NCBI GenBank assembly: GCA_008690995.1
Contig: VRMN01000011.1
Coordinates: 372,001 to 436,000 of the forward strand
Direction of reading: 5' to 3'
Origin: Porphyridium purpureum
Taxonomy: Eukaryota
Length of the DNA: 64,000 nucleotides
In this document: positions 21,870 through 31,467 of the stretch, one piece after another
Layout of the letters: each line of letters opens with the position of its first letter
Position numbering within the stretch: the first letter of the stretch is position 1
Notes under the pieces: generated by a model
Told to the model about the DNA's origin: nothing
The model's database searches: none
What the model saw: only the letters and a program-made list of their open reading frames with translations
Made by a program: the position numbers and the translations under genes

Positions 21870-23171
21870 ATGAAGGGCCTGCCTTCTTGGCCTTTGTTTG
21901 CGCCAGTGCGGCCGCGCGCTACGAGTCCCGTTAGCGCCGAGGTGTCATCCGTATGGTCGTGTTTTCTGCCGCGCGTATTCTCGCGAGGGAGACGCGTCGC
22001 CCACAAGCGCTTGTGGAGGCAAAAAAAGGCGGAGGAGAAAAGAAGAATATTGGATTATGATAAGGCGCGTCGATTGGCGGGGCAGGAGGCACTGCAAACT
22101 GGATTCGAATTCGTTCCGGACTGTCACTTCCTCGTTATCGATAAACCACAGGGCCTCTCGAGTTATACACAAGCAGGGCACATCAAGAAGAGTATGACCA
22201 AAGTATTTGAGTCGATGCTGAAGATGCGCTTCTACGCGTTCCACCAGAGGTATCAAGGAAAGAATGGGAAGTTGCTGAGTCTTAGAATGGGCAAGACTCT
22301 GAAGAAGATCAAAGTTACAGGTTTGGAAACCTTGGATTCTTTCGCGACTGGTGTCTACCCAATAGTCGTGGAGGACGCAATTCGAGTTGCCAAGCATTTC
22401 AAAGACGGTACGAGAGAGTACGAGTGCACGGTTTGCTTTGGAAGCGGTACAGACAATCAGTTTAGTTCCGGGAAGACAGTGGAGGAACGCGAATTTTCCC
22501 ATGTGACAGTGGATGCAATGAAAGAGATGATCAAACAGCGCTTCATTGGCGAGCTCATGCAAGTGCCGCCAATGTACTCTACCGTAAAGTTCGAAGGCAG
22601 ACCGCTGCATGATTACGCAGAGCGAGGAAGAAAGGTAGACATTGAGCCCCTGCCGGTCCATGTGTATGCTTTTGAAGTTCGCAGATTCGAACTTCCTCAC
22701 GTGCGTTTTCACGTCCAATGCGACCCGAAAACATTCATTCGATCACTTGTATGTGACCTTGCGCATGCGCTGGACTCGTGTTGCCATGTTTCGGCACTGA
22801 GGCGCACGCGATGTGGTGTTTTTAGAATCGAGGACGCCGTATACGGGTCACCAGAGAGCTTGGTCGCTCTTGGACCAAAGATAGGCAAGCACCTGATCCA
22901 TGCAAATCAGCTCATTCCTGGGATATGGAAGCAGCCTGACGAATCCAGTCAACCATCGAATACCGAAGGGACATCCGTAAGCGATGGTGAAATGAAGGGT
23001 CAGAACGATGAAGATCACGACGAGCAGCGTGATGAACAGACATCCGAGGAGTATGAAGAGATGACGGATGAAGACGATGAAGACAATGGAGACGATGAGT
23101 ACGACGAAGAGAGCGCAGACAGCGATGATAATACGCTAGATGAAGAGTTCAGATCACGACATGGCTATTGA
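21870..23171 (+). CDS. TruB-like paralogue copy 4 with acidic tail
   Basis: PDCHFLVIDKPQG, LETLDSFATGV, QVPPMYSTVKFEGRPL, TFIRSLVCDL and LRRTRCG. Confidence 0.9.
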   Translation: MKGLPSWPLFAPVRPRATSPVSAEVSSVWSCFLPRVFSRGRRVAHKRLWRQKKAEEKRRILDYDKARRLAGQEALQTGFEFVPDCHFLVIDKPQGLSSYTQAGHIKKSMTKVFESMLKMRFYAFHQRYQGKNGKLLSLRMGKTLKKIKVTGLETLDSFATGVYPIVVEDAIRVAKHFKDGTREYECTVCFGSGTDNQFSSGKTVEEREFSHVTVDAMKEMIKQRFIGELMQVPPMYSTVKFEGRPLHDYAERGRKVDIEPLPVHVYAFEVRRFELPHVRFHVQCDPKTFIRSLVCDLAHALDSCCHVSALRRTRCGVFRIEDAVYGSPESLVALGPKIGKHLIHANQLIPGIWKQPDESSQPSNTEGTSVSDGEMKGQNDEDHDEQRDEQTSEEYEEMTDEDDEDNGDDEYDEESADSDDNTLDEEFRSRHGY

Positions 23172-23788
23172 TCTTGCTGTACGCAAACACGGTATCATGT
23201 GTTCAAGCCTTCCTCACGCCCAAGATTGTCGTTTCTTTCTCATACTGCGTAATGTCTCGGTTCATGATGTTGAAGGAACAGATAGCAGGCTGTTTTCTGA
23301 ACGACAAAGATGAAAAACAAACCTGAGATGGGAGGGTAATCAGGGATTGCGGTTTTGGGTCCGTCTTGTCCAAGAAGCAAGGCAGCAGATTTTGTTTCAT
23401 GATCACTATCGTCCGCCGGCGCTGTTGAGCACGTTCGGGCCAACTCGAGCTCGGATCATTGTGAGATTAGGACGCGTGGACCCATGTCTCCTTGCGCACA
23501 CGCTCTTTCTTGAACTCAGATTACAAACGGCGTAAATATTGGGTCTTACAGATCGGACAAGGCAGCAGTGAAAAGTTGCGTATCCTTCACGTCTCAGTCA
23601 TTACGGCACGATCCATCACTTTCTCGCAAGCTGTAACCCGCACCTTCTAGAGTCATGGTGAAATGCGTCTTTTCGATAGTCCACGGAAACTTTCGTTTGT
23701 TTGCGTCGCTGACGAATGCGTGGGCGAGGAGTACCATAGCACAGGACGTTATGTTGAGTGCCATATACCTTAACTTCGACCTTTTAGC

Positions 23789-25459
23789 TCACCACCAAAC
23801 AGTTGTGTCCGGCTGGTGCTTTGGTTGTGATTTGGGAGGCTTGTACTCCGGTTCGGGACCATCCTCGTCGTCAGAGTCTGTTCTCTGGTCATTGTCGTAA
23901 TGAACATCATCAGAAGCATGGTGATCATCACTATCTTCGTCATCCGTCAGGTCGCTATCCACGTCTGCTGAACGATCACTATCGTCATCAAGAATGTCCT
24001 CAGCTTCGCCCACGTCGCTTGACGATGTGCTGCGCCTGCGGCTAGCCCTTGGCGTCTTATCAACATCATTTCTACTGCCAATTTCTTCTTCGTCCTTCTC
24101 TCCTTCGTCCTTTTCTTCTTCGTCCTTCTGTTCTTCGTCTTGCTCGGCTTCTGAGATGCTTCCGCCCAGCTCCTCCGTGTCGCTAGCCTGGTCCGTCTGG
24201 TGCAATTTTTGTCGCGCGTGCATGTATTGCCGCGCATACTGCACCTCTGGATCCACCTCCGAATTTTCGGGCTCTTCGGAAAATACTGGAACAAAGGGCT
24301 TGGGCTTTCGAGGCTGTGGACTGACAACGCCCGGGATCAGGCTATTTGCATGTCTCGCGTGATTGTGAATATCGGTCCTCAATTTTTTCAACGCTTGCTT
24401 GCTTCCCGAAATGGCGTCCTCCACTTTGAAAGGTCCGATCCTTGTTCGCCTCAAACCAGCAACGCTCGCGCACGAGCCGAGCGCATGTCCCAGATCGTGA
24501 ATGAGCGATCGAATGAAGGTGTGCCTACAGCACTCCACATGAAAAGACGCATACGGAGGCTCAAATTTGATAATTTTGAAGGACATCACCGTCACGGGTC
24601 GTGGCTCAACCTTCATGTCAGATGCCGTCTTTCCTGTTCGTGCATATCTCCACATCGGCTTCCCGAATAGTTTGACTTCAGAAAAAATCGGAGGTACTTG
24701 CATAATATTACCGGTAAACTGCTCCTTAATGATGTCGTCTATTGCCTCTTTCCTGATTTGACGATAGTCGCTTTCTTCGACCACTCGCCCAGTCTGATAG
24801 TGCGTGTTTGTACCCTTTCCGAATAAGGCTACGCACTCATACTCCCGAGTGCCGCCTTCAAAATCTTGAAACTTTTTGACCAGCGCGGTGGCATCTTCAA
24901 GGGCAAAAGCAACAACACCTGACGCGTATGCATCGAGTCCTTCCAGCTGCATACTCTTGATCTTCTTCAGATTCTTCATGTTTTGAAGAGCAAGCTTCTT
25001 TCCCTTGAGCCAAGAGCGCCCTGGTTTCTTCGCATAACCAACCATCCAGTCATACGCGGCGTTGTAATAGCGATTCATTAGCGCCGGACGCAACGCGACT
25101 TTGAGTTTCTTCTCAATATCCTCGCTGAGATTGCTACACATCATGCCTTGCGGCTTGTCGATGATTAAAAAATGGCAGTCGGGCACTCTCACGTCGAGAC
25201 CTTCGTCGTGTATTTTGCCCCAGAGCATCTTGCGCTCTTTTCCAATGAGTTTCATCTGTGTGTTATGCTCGTTCCTCATCTTGATCAGCTCGCGATGGGA
25301 GAATCTTCTGGGACCTCCTCCCTTCGCTCGTGAGAACACTGCAGACACGCCATACCGCCACGCCGCCAACGCCGCGCCGCGCTCGCAGCTCTCATCGCGT
25401 GCCCGTATCGGTGCAAGCAAACGCCAGTTTACTGCTCTCATGATCACTGCCGACGACAT
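23789..25459 (-). CDS. TruB-like paralogue copy 5 with long acidic tail
   Basis: PDCHFLIIDKPQG, LEGLDAYASGV, QVPPIFSEVKLFGKP, TFIRSLIHDL and LRRTRIGPF. Confidence 0.9.
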   Translation of the reverse strand: MSSAVIMRAVNWRLLAPIRARDESCERGAALAAWRYGVSAVFSRAKGGGPRRFSHRELIKMRNEHNTQMKLIGKERKMLWGKIHDEGLDVRVPDCHFLIIDKPQGMMCSNLSEDIEKKLKVALRPALMNRYYNAAYDWMVGYAKKPGRSWLKGKKLALQNMKNLKKIKSMQLEGLDAYASGVVAFALEDATALVKKFQDFEGGTREYECVALFGKGTNTHYQTGRVVEESDYRQIRKEAIDDIIKEQFTGNIMQVPPIFSEVKLFGKPMWRYARTGKTASDMKVEPRPVTVMSFKIIKFEPPYASFHVECCRHTFIRSLIHDLGHALGSCASVAGLRRTRIGPFKVEDAISGSKQALKKLRTDIHNHARHANSLIPGVVSPQPRKPKPFVPVFSEEPENSEVDPEVQYARQYMHARQKLHQTDQASDTEELGGSISEAEQDEEQKDEEEKDEGEKDEEEIGSRNDVDKTPRASRRRSTSSSDVGEAEDILDDDSDRSADVDSDLTDDEDSDDHHASDDVHYDNDQRTDSDDEDGPEPEYKPPKSQPKHQPDTTVWW

Positions 25460-25977
25460 CTTCGCACGGTCCTTCGAGCTTCAGCCATCATCCGGGTCGG
25501 ATCGTCAGCTGGAATGGATGCGCTGCGTCGGGAGGGAAGTAGGACAGACGGCAAAAACAGGACAACAGCTCCCGAACATGGAAGCCAGTCGCTCCAGCCA
25601 GCTCGCTTGGGTGTTCTTTATCCTACGTAACAGTGCAGAGAAGCGCTTCTGGCTGTGCATGCAACGTGCATGGCTCGTTGTTGCGTGTTTTGCTGTATCT
25701 CAGGGCCGCTCACCTACGATTTCGACTTCACTGCGGATTTCGCAGAGAGATAGTGTGAGTCCGTCATGTTTATGATTCGCTCGCGCGCCCCAGATTGCCC
25801 TGCGGTCCGCAGATGCGTCGTATCGGCAAGCGTAGCACTCGGAAGAAAGAAAACCTTCGAACACTAAAAGTCAAAGGCCCTTTTGTCATATCTTGGCTTT
25901 TCTGGACGTTCTGCAAGAATACTTAACATCCAAGCTGCGAGCACATCATCAGGACCGGGTGAAAGTGCCGACACTCG

Positions 25978-27099
25978 TCACCTTTTGTTGATGTGGAAGG
26001 TGACTTCAGGGTTTTCAGAGTTCTCGAGGAAGATCCGCTTGGCATGCTTGAGTTTGTTGAGAACGTAGGGACCCATTGCCTCCAGCGAATCTCGGTCGCC
26101 AGGAATGGCATCCTCGATTTTGAACCAGCCGCGCCGAGTACGCTTCATTTCGGTAAGATGCGCGGCCGACTTGAGCATATCGGCAAGATCAGGAACAAAA
26201 GTCCTGACGAAATGTCCCTTATCAACCACGACACGGAAACGCACGCGAGGAGGCTCAAACTCAATCACCTTGAACTCGTGAACAACATCTCGCTGTGCGC
26301 CAGGGGAAATATCTTTTCCTTCACGTTTCCATTTGTACATTGGTTTCCCGTTGTGTCTCCACGCAGAGTCAGTCGGAGGAAACCACATCACCCTGCCATT
26401 AAATCTGCCGTTGATCATCTTCTCTATTGCTTCGACTGTCACGTGTGAAAACGTCTTCTCCATAATCACCTCACCAGTCGAATACTGGTTACTGGTTGCA
26501 CTACCAAATAAAGCTGTTAGCTCGTATTCTTTCGTGCCTCTGATAAACTCGTGCACAGTGCTTATGACCTGTGTCGCACCTTCGACAGCAAGAACCGTAA
26601 TCCCCGTCTGAAACTTGTCCAGCGTCATCACGTTTCCGGCACTTTCGATCCTCGCGGACTTCAGATGCTTCAAGGTTCTCGCATCTTGCAGAATCTTCTT
26701 CCGGGTTGATGGCTTCCGAAACTTTGGCAGCGTTTTGAGCAGGTGCTTGTAGTACCGCACTTCTAGCGCCGGCGCCAGCCAGGTTCGAAGCGCTCTCACA
26801 CCATTTGCGATACAGTCCTGGTTCGTGATCCCCATTGGCTTGTTCAGGAGCAGAAAATGACATTCAGGAACTTCTTCAACCCCTTTTTCCTTCGCTTCAG
26901 CCAGCGCCTTCTTGCGGAGCTTATCCAGTTTCTCATGCTGCTTTTCCAAGTGCGGTCGCCGCTTTTGGAACTCCGGATCCACCTTCCAACTTTTCAATCC
27001 GCGCGACAGGATGCGCGGCACCGCGCAGGGCCACATCACGCTCGGCAGCTTCCCAGCGTTCGCCAATGGCTGAAAAAACGAGCCACATGTTCGTGCCAT
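25978..27099 (-). CDS. TruB-like paralogue copy 6 (strongly diverged)
   Basis: PECHFLLLNKPMG, VMTLDKFQTGI, KEY, FPPTDSAWRHNGKPMY, HFVRTFVPDL and MKRTRRGWF. Confidence 0.88.
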   Translation of the reverse strand: MARTCGSFFQPLANAGKLPSVMWPCAVPRILSRGLKSWKVDPEFQKRRPHLEKQHEKLDKLRKKALAEAKEKGVEEVPECHFLLLNKPMGITNQDCIANGVRALRTWLAPALEVRYYKHLLKTLPKFRKPSTRKKILQDARTLKHLKSARIESAGNVMTLDKFQTGITVLAVEGATQVISTVHEFIRGTKEYELTALFGSATSNQYSTGEVIMEKTFSHVTVEAIEKMINGRFNGRVMWFPPTDSAWRHNGKPMYKWKREGKDISPGAQRDVVHEFKVIEFEPPRVRFRVVVDKGHFVRTFVPDLADMLKSAAHLTEMKRTRRGWFKIEDAIPGDRDSLEAMGPYVLNKLKHAKRIFLENSENPEVTFHINKR

Positions 27100-27422
27100 T
27101 ACAGGCCGCCCGCGGCGCGCTTAACTTGTCCGTCTTTCAGTTTTTCACGTTCCCTGACGCTCGTCTCTTCGGCATGGCCAGAAGTAAGCGAAAGGAGCGG
27201 TGGGCACTCATGCGAAGACACCGACGGCTGCCGGGATGCGTTCCAGACTTGAGCAAAACCAAGTGATTGCGCAAGCGCTCGATTCACGCATCCGTGTGGT
27301 ACTCTGACGGGCGCGCGGGAGGGTGAAGCACTGGTTGGCGTTGTAGCGCTGCGATAAATGTGTGGCAAGGCATCGTGATCTGACCCGTTTGCCGCCCTTC
27401 GAAGATCTTGAGTTGGCTCTGT

Positions 27423-28916
27423 ATGGCCATGAAGGGGTTATCTTGGTCGGTATTTGCGCCCTTGGTGGCACGCGTCAAAATGTCCGAACGCGTAGGCGTC
27501 CGGAGCTTGTGGCCAAGTTCGCTTCCTACAGTTTTTTCGCGCACAAAGAAGTCAAAGTCCAAGCCGATGACCAAGTCAAAGTTTAAGATGATCAAGAAGC
27601 GGAGCGTTGCGTTCTTGAAAGTTATCGACAGCGAAAGGAAAATCCTTGAGAAGAGAGCCAAGACCAGCGGGCTAGTTCTGGAAGTTCCAGACTGCCACTT
27701 CCTCGTCGTCGACAAGCCGCACGGTATGCTAGCCGGAACACTTACTGAGGAGGTCGAGAGAGGGTTAAGGATCACCATGGCCGCGGCAGTGAATTTTCGA
27801 TATCTCAATGCACGGTATGAGTATGAGAAATTTAATTGGTGGAAGCTCGGTCACGAAAATACAAAGAGAAGAAAGATCACGCTGCAGCATATGAGGGGCC
27901 TCAGGCGAGTCCGATTTATGCAGCTCAGAGGACTGGACTCGTTTACATCAGGTGTAGTGCCGTTCGCCCTTGAGGGCGCTATCGAGCTTATGGACCAGTT
28001 TGAGATCGGTACGAGAGAGTTCGAGTTCACGGCCGAGTTTGGAAAAGCGACGGACTCTTTTTACAGTTCTGGCCAGGTTACTGCCGAAAAGGACTTTGAA
28101 CACATTACAGAAGAAATGGTAGATCAGGTCGTCAGGGACCAGTTTATTGGCGAGCTCCATCAAGTTCCTCCAATGTTCTCAAACGTGAAGCTAAATCGCA
28201 GACCTCTTTGGCTATACGCGCGGAAAGGAAAGACCGCTGCAGAATTGGGAGTTAAAGCACGCCCCATAGAAGTGTTTTCTCTCAAAGTGCTCAAGTTCGA
28301 GCTCCCGCGGATTTGGTTTCACATAGAATGTTGCAGGTCCACATACGTGCAAGTGCTGGTGAACGATCTAGGTCTCGCGCTCGGGTCATACGCGAATGTT
28401 ACCAAACTCAGACGCACTCGTACCGGACCCTTTCATGTCTCGGACGCTATTGCTGGTGACAAGCGGACGCTGCGTAAACTACGCCCAGACATCGGCAGCT
28501 ACTGCAAGCACGCAAATAGCGTCATCCCAGGCAGTTATATCCCACCAGCTCCTGTGGTCGAGGTTAAGAAGAAAAAGCCCAAGATTCGGATAGTCGTGCC
28601 AGACCGGCAGTACGAGCGCCGGTACTTCTATTTGAAGCCGCAGGGCGATGATGATGCTCAGAAGTCGGCATTCATCGATGATCACGAGTTTGCGCCGAAG
28701 AATGCACAGGACTCGAGCACTGACACGCTCGACGCGGATGGCGAAGATGCAACAGTGGAGGAAGAATACGAGCCTGAGCTCGATTCTGAGTCCGATGCCG
28801 AGTCTGAGTCCGAGCTCCACGACGAGCACGATCGGGTCAAAGAGACACCACAGTTCGTAGATGAGGAAGTGCAAATATCCAGGCAGCAGGAAGGAGAGAG
28901 AGGATCCAACGATTAA
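27423..28916 (+). CDS. TruB-like paralogue copy 7 with acidic tail
   Basis: PDCHFLVVDKPHG, LRGLDSFTSGV, QVPPMFSNVKLNRRPL, STYVQVLVNDL and LRRTRTGPF. Confidence 0.9.
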   Translation: MAMKGLSWSVFAPLVARVKMSERVGVRSLWPSSLPTVFSRTKKSKSKPMTKSKFKMIKKRSVAFLKVIDSERKILEKRAKTSGLVLEVPDCHFLVVDKPHGMLAGTLTEEVERGLRITMAAAVNFRYLNARYEYEKFNWWKLGHENTKRRKITLQHMRGLRRVRFMQLRGLDSFTSGVVPFALEGAIELMDQFEIGTREFEFTAEFGKATDSFYSSGQVTAEKDFEHITEEMVDQVVRDQFIGELHQVPPMFSNVKLNRRPLWLYARKGKTAAELGVKARPIEVFSLKVLKFELPRIWFHIECCRSTYVQVLVNDLGLALGSYANVTKLRRTRTGPFHVSDAIAGDKRTLRKLRPDIGSYCKHANSVIPGSYIPPAPVVEVKKKKPKIRIVVPDRQYERRYFYLKPQGDDDAQKSAFIDDHEFAPKNAQDSSTDTLDADGEDATVEEEYEPELDSESDAESESELHDEHDRVKETPQFVDEEVQISRQQEGERGSND

Positions 28917-29213
28917 AGTCTAGAGCCGCTCGTGCCTGCTTGTCTTTGTCTTTGGAAATGTTCCGGTCTCCGCAAAGCCTTTGAGATTGCTAGTCTTTGC
29001 CAAGTGCAATCACGCATGCGCGCACGACCACGGATGTCACCGAGCTGTAGGAGGCCTGTTTTCCCTCGCGACAGCCTCTGGGGCAAAGCGTCGGGTTGCG
29101 CCTGACTCCGAAGTTTAACGCGGTGAAACCGATGACGGGCGGCGCTTGGTGGGGAACCGGAGTGACGGATCGACGCGTTCGTTTCAAAGTGCAAAGCGAC
29201 GGAGACTGGAAGT

Positions 29214-31388
29214 ATGGATATGTACGGCTTGCACAGCACCGAAGAGCAAGCGGACGAACGCCGGCAAGAGCGCAACGAGTATGACAATGGCACGACGAGT
29301 ATTGCACAAAACGGCGGTGCCCAGGCGCACGGGACGGACGTTTTAGATCAGGAGCGGATGGATGATCAAGGATCTACGCCTGCGCCCGTTCATACCGGCA
29401 CATACTTGATTGATGCGATTAGGGAGCAGCTGGACATCGTTTGTTTCAGACCGGGTGGGCTCGAGCTTTTTGCGTCCGGGGCCGTTGTTGATCGGTCGAG
29501 TCTCTTGCACGCATTGGGCCCTTCCGTTTCGCTCGGCGCGGCTCACGCTGCTATCAAGGAGCGTATCAGTGAGCTACGGGCGCTGATGAACTATGTACAA
29601 GGCTTGCATGGGGCGAGCGAGGGTCGCGCGGATGTGCAGCAAAAGTACAATCGGGTCACGCGGATGCGGAAAGACCTTGCGAAGCAAAAGACGTTTCTCG
29701 TTGACGTCTCGAAAACGCTCAAGGGCGCGATCTCAAAGTGCCGCAAAGCGAGCACCAGTAAGGCTGGCGCCAAGTGGCAGAGGTTGGTGAATGGTCTCAA
29801 GGCGAGCGCTGAGAGCGCCAAGTGCGATATGATGGAGTACAGCAATTCAGACCATGAAATTGTGTACAATCTATTCGGAAAGAATTTCATCACAGACGTG
29901 TCCATCTCCAAGCCGTCAGGTGTATGCACAGCGTCATTTCGCGAGCTGCATGGAAGCGAGGAAATCATGGACGCCGTGCTCGACGCAGATCTGAAGATTT
30001 TGATTGAGACCTCTCAATTTGACAAACTGGGCACGGAATTGTCGCGCGTTGTGACGATTGAGTCACTTGAGGATCGCTTTGCCGGTAGTGATGGTGACGA
30101 TGGGACAGCCGAGGAAAGCGCTAAGCAGACACCAGCATCCTTTCCCGTGCGGTTTGCGCTCCGGGCGCTGATCGAAGACATTTTGATTATGTGCGATGCC
30201 GAAGAAGCTATGCTGTTGGGCAAGAAATCGAACTCTACGTGCGAGCGTCTATTCTTTGGGCACGGGCTCGTGCGGAAAGTGCTGTATGGGTTGAGGCTGC
30301 AGTACTTTGGCTCGGCGCTAGCTCATCTCGAGTTGCTTCCCGGCGGGCAGAAAAGGGAGCATCGACAAGACATCCTACTGCCGACGAAGTACGAGCCGTA
30401 CGAGTTGGTTGTCACTGTGCAGCAATCAACTCACCAGGGTAATATCCTTTTGCGAGGCTCGTGCCTACCCGCTCGGGACGCTGAACCCCCGACCGCAAGC
30501 GTGGATGAGACCAAATTACAATTACCGCTTGACTTCCAGTTCGGCATTTCGAGCTGTGCAAGCGCTGCGGATAACGAGAAGGGCGAGGTCGCTTTGGAGT
30601 ACGTATTGCTTTTGGAGCCACGCATTGCTGTAACGCTCGGTATCGCTCAAAAGCTTGAGGGCTTTGGACCCGGAACGGCGCCACACGCACTGAATGATAC
30701 GTTGAAAAACCCCTCCGTGCTCGCGGAGCGCTCGCATGTGACGCTACTTGACTTGCTGACGGAGTCACCGCCTCGCACGGAAGACGAGAAACACCAGTCA
30801 AGCCTAAACACCTATAGTGCCACCATCGCGCGGCCACAAGCAACAGAGCGCTTCCGTTTCTTCCAGCTTCGCGACAGTTTGTGCCCTGGGGTGCTGGTTT
30901 CACGCGTACCATTTTCCCACCCTGCGCAGCTAGCGCCGATTTTGCGGCTTTTGCGGCAGCAGCTGTTGTTCAACGAATTGTACCTCTCCTGCAGTTTGCT
31001 GCGCATCGGAGACGAGCTCAGCAAAGTTCCGTGGGTCGGCACAGATGGCGAGTTCTGCTCGCGAATAGGAGACTGCTCGATGGACAAGGTACTCTCGGTG
31101 GAAATTTGCGTGTTCCAAGCGCCCGAAGTGCTCGAGGCCACACTTCAGTCCGTGCGCTCGGGAGAGGAGCACGTCATTTCTCTAAGTGTGTATGTGGGCT
31201 TGAATGGCATGCTGACCGCGAAGTCAAGAACCCACAAACTGGTGCGAGAGCACCGAGCTCCTTGTGGGTTTCTTGAGACAAGTGTCGACGTTGAGTCTGG
31301 CGTGTCGGATGAGACAGTCACGACTTTACTAGTTTCGTGCCGAAGTATCCCGCTTGTACTTCATCATATTCTTGTGAACGCGCGATAG
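29214..31388 (+). CDS. MED1: Mediator of RNA polymerase II transcription subunit 1-like protein
   Basis: GVLVSRVPFSHPAQLAPILRLLRQQLLFNELYLSC resembles the conserved C-terminal Med1-domain motif; also YVLLLEPRIAV. Confidence 0.65.
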   Translation: MDMYGLHSTEEQADERRQERNEYDNGTTSIAQNGGAQAHGTDVLDQERMDDQGSTPAPVHTGTYLIDAIREQLDIVCFRPGGLELFASGAVVDRSSLLHALGPSVSLGAAHAAIKERISELRALMNYVQGLHGASEGRADVQQKYNRVTRMRKDLAKQKTFLVDVSKTLKGAISKCRKASTSKAGAKWQRLVNGLKASAESAKCDMMEYSNSDHEIVYNLFGKNFITDVSISKPSGVCTASFRELHGSEEIMDAVLDADLKILIETSQFDKLGTELSRVVTIESLEDRFAGSDGDDGTAEESAKQTPASFPVRFALRALIEDILIMCDAEEAMLLGKKSNSTCERLFFGHGLVRKVLYGLRLQYFGSALAHLELLPGGQKREHRQDILLPTKYEPYELVVTVQQSTHQGNILLRGSCLPARDAEPPTASVDETKLQLPLDFQFGISSCASAADNEKGEVALEYVLLLEPRIAVTLGIAQKLEGFGPGTAPHALNDTLKNPSVLAERSHVTLLDLLTESPPRTEDEKHQSSLNTYSATIARPQATERFRFFQLRDSLCPGVLVSRVPFSHPAQLAPILRLLRQQLLFNELYLSCSLLRIGDELSKVPWVGTDGEFCSRIGDCSMDKVLSVEICVFQAPEVLEATLQSVRSGEEHVISLSVYVGLNGMLTAKSRTHKLVREHRAPCGFLETSVDVESGVSDETVTTLLVSCRSIPLVLHHILVNAR

Positions 31389-31467
31389 TGCGTACCAGGG
31401 CAACGTAAAAGTGAAAGATATCTTCGTCTCTCTCTCGCTCGCTCGCTCTTCGTACCTGAGAACTGAT

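Noticed and set aside
23203..23535. Possible eighth degenerate TruB remnant (CFLDK)
   Set aside because: Only a few residues match and no other TruB motif follows.
17079..28916. TruB array as an assembly duplication artefact
   Set aside because: The copies are strongly diverged in sequence and lie in mixed orientation, unlike mis-assembled near-identical repeats.
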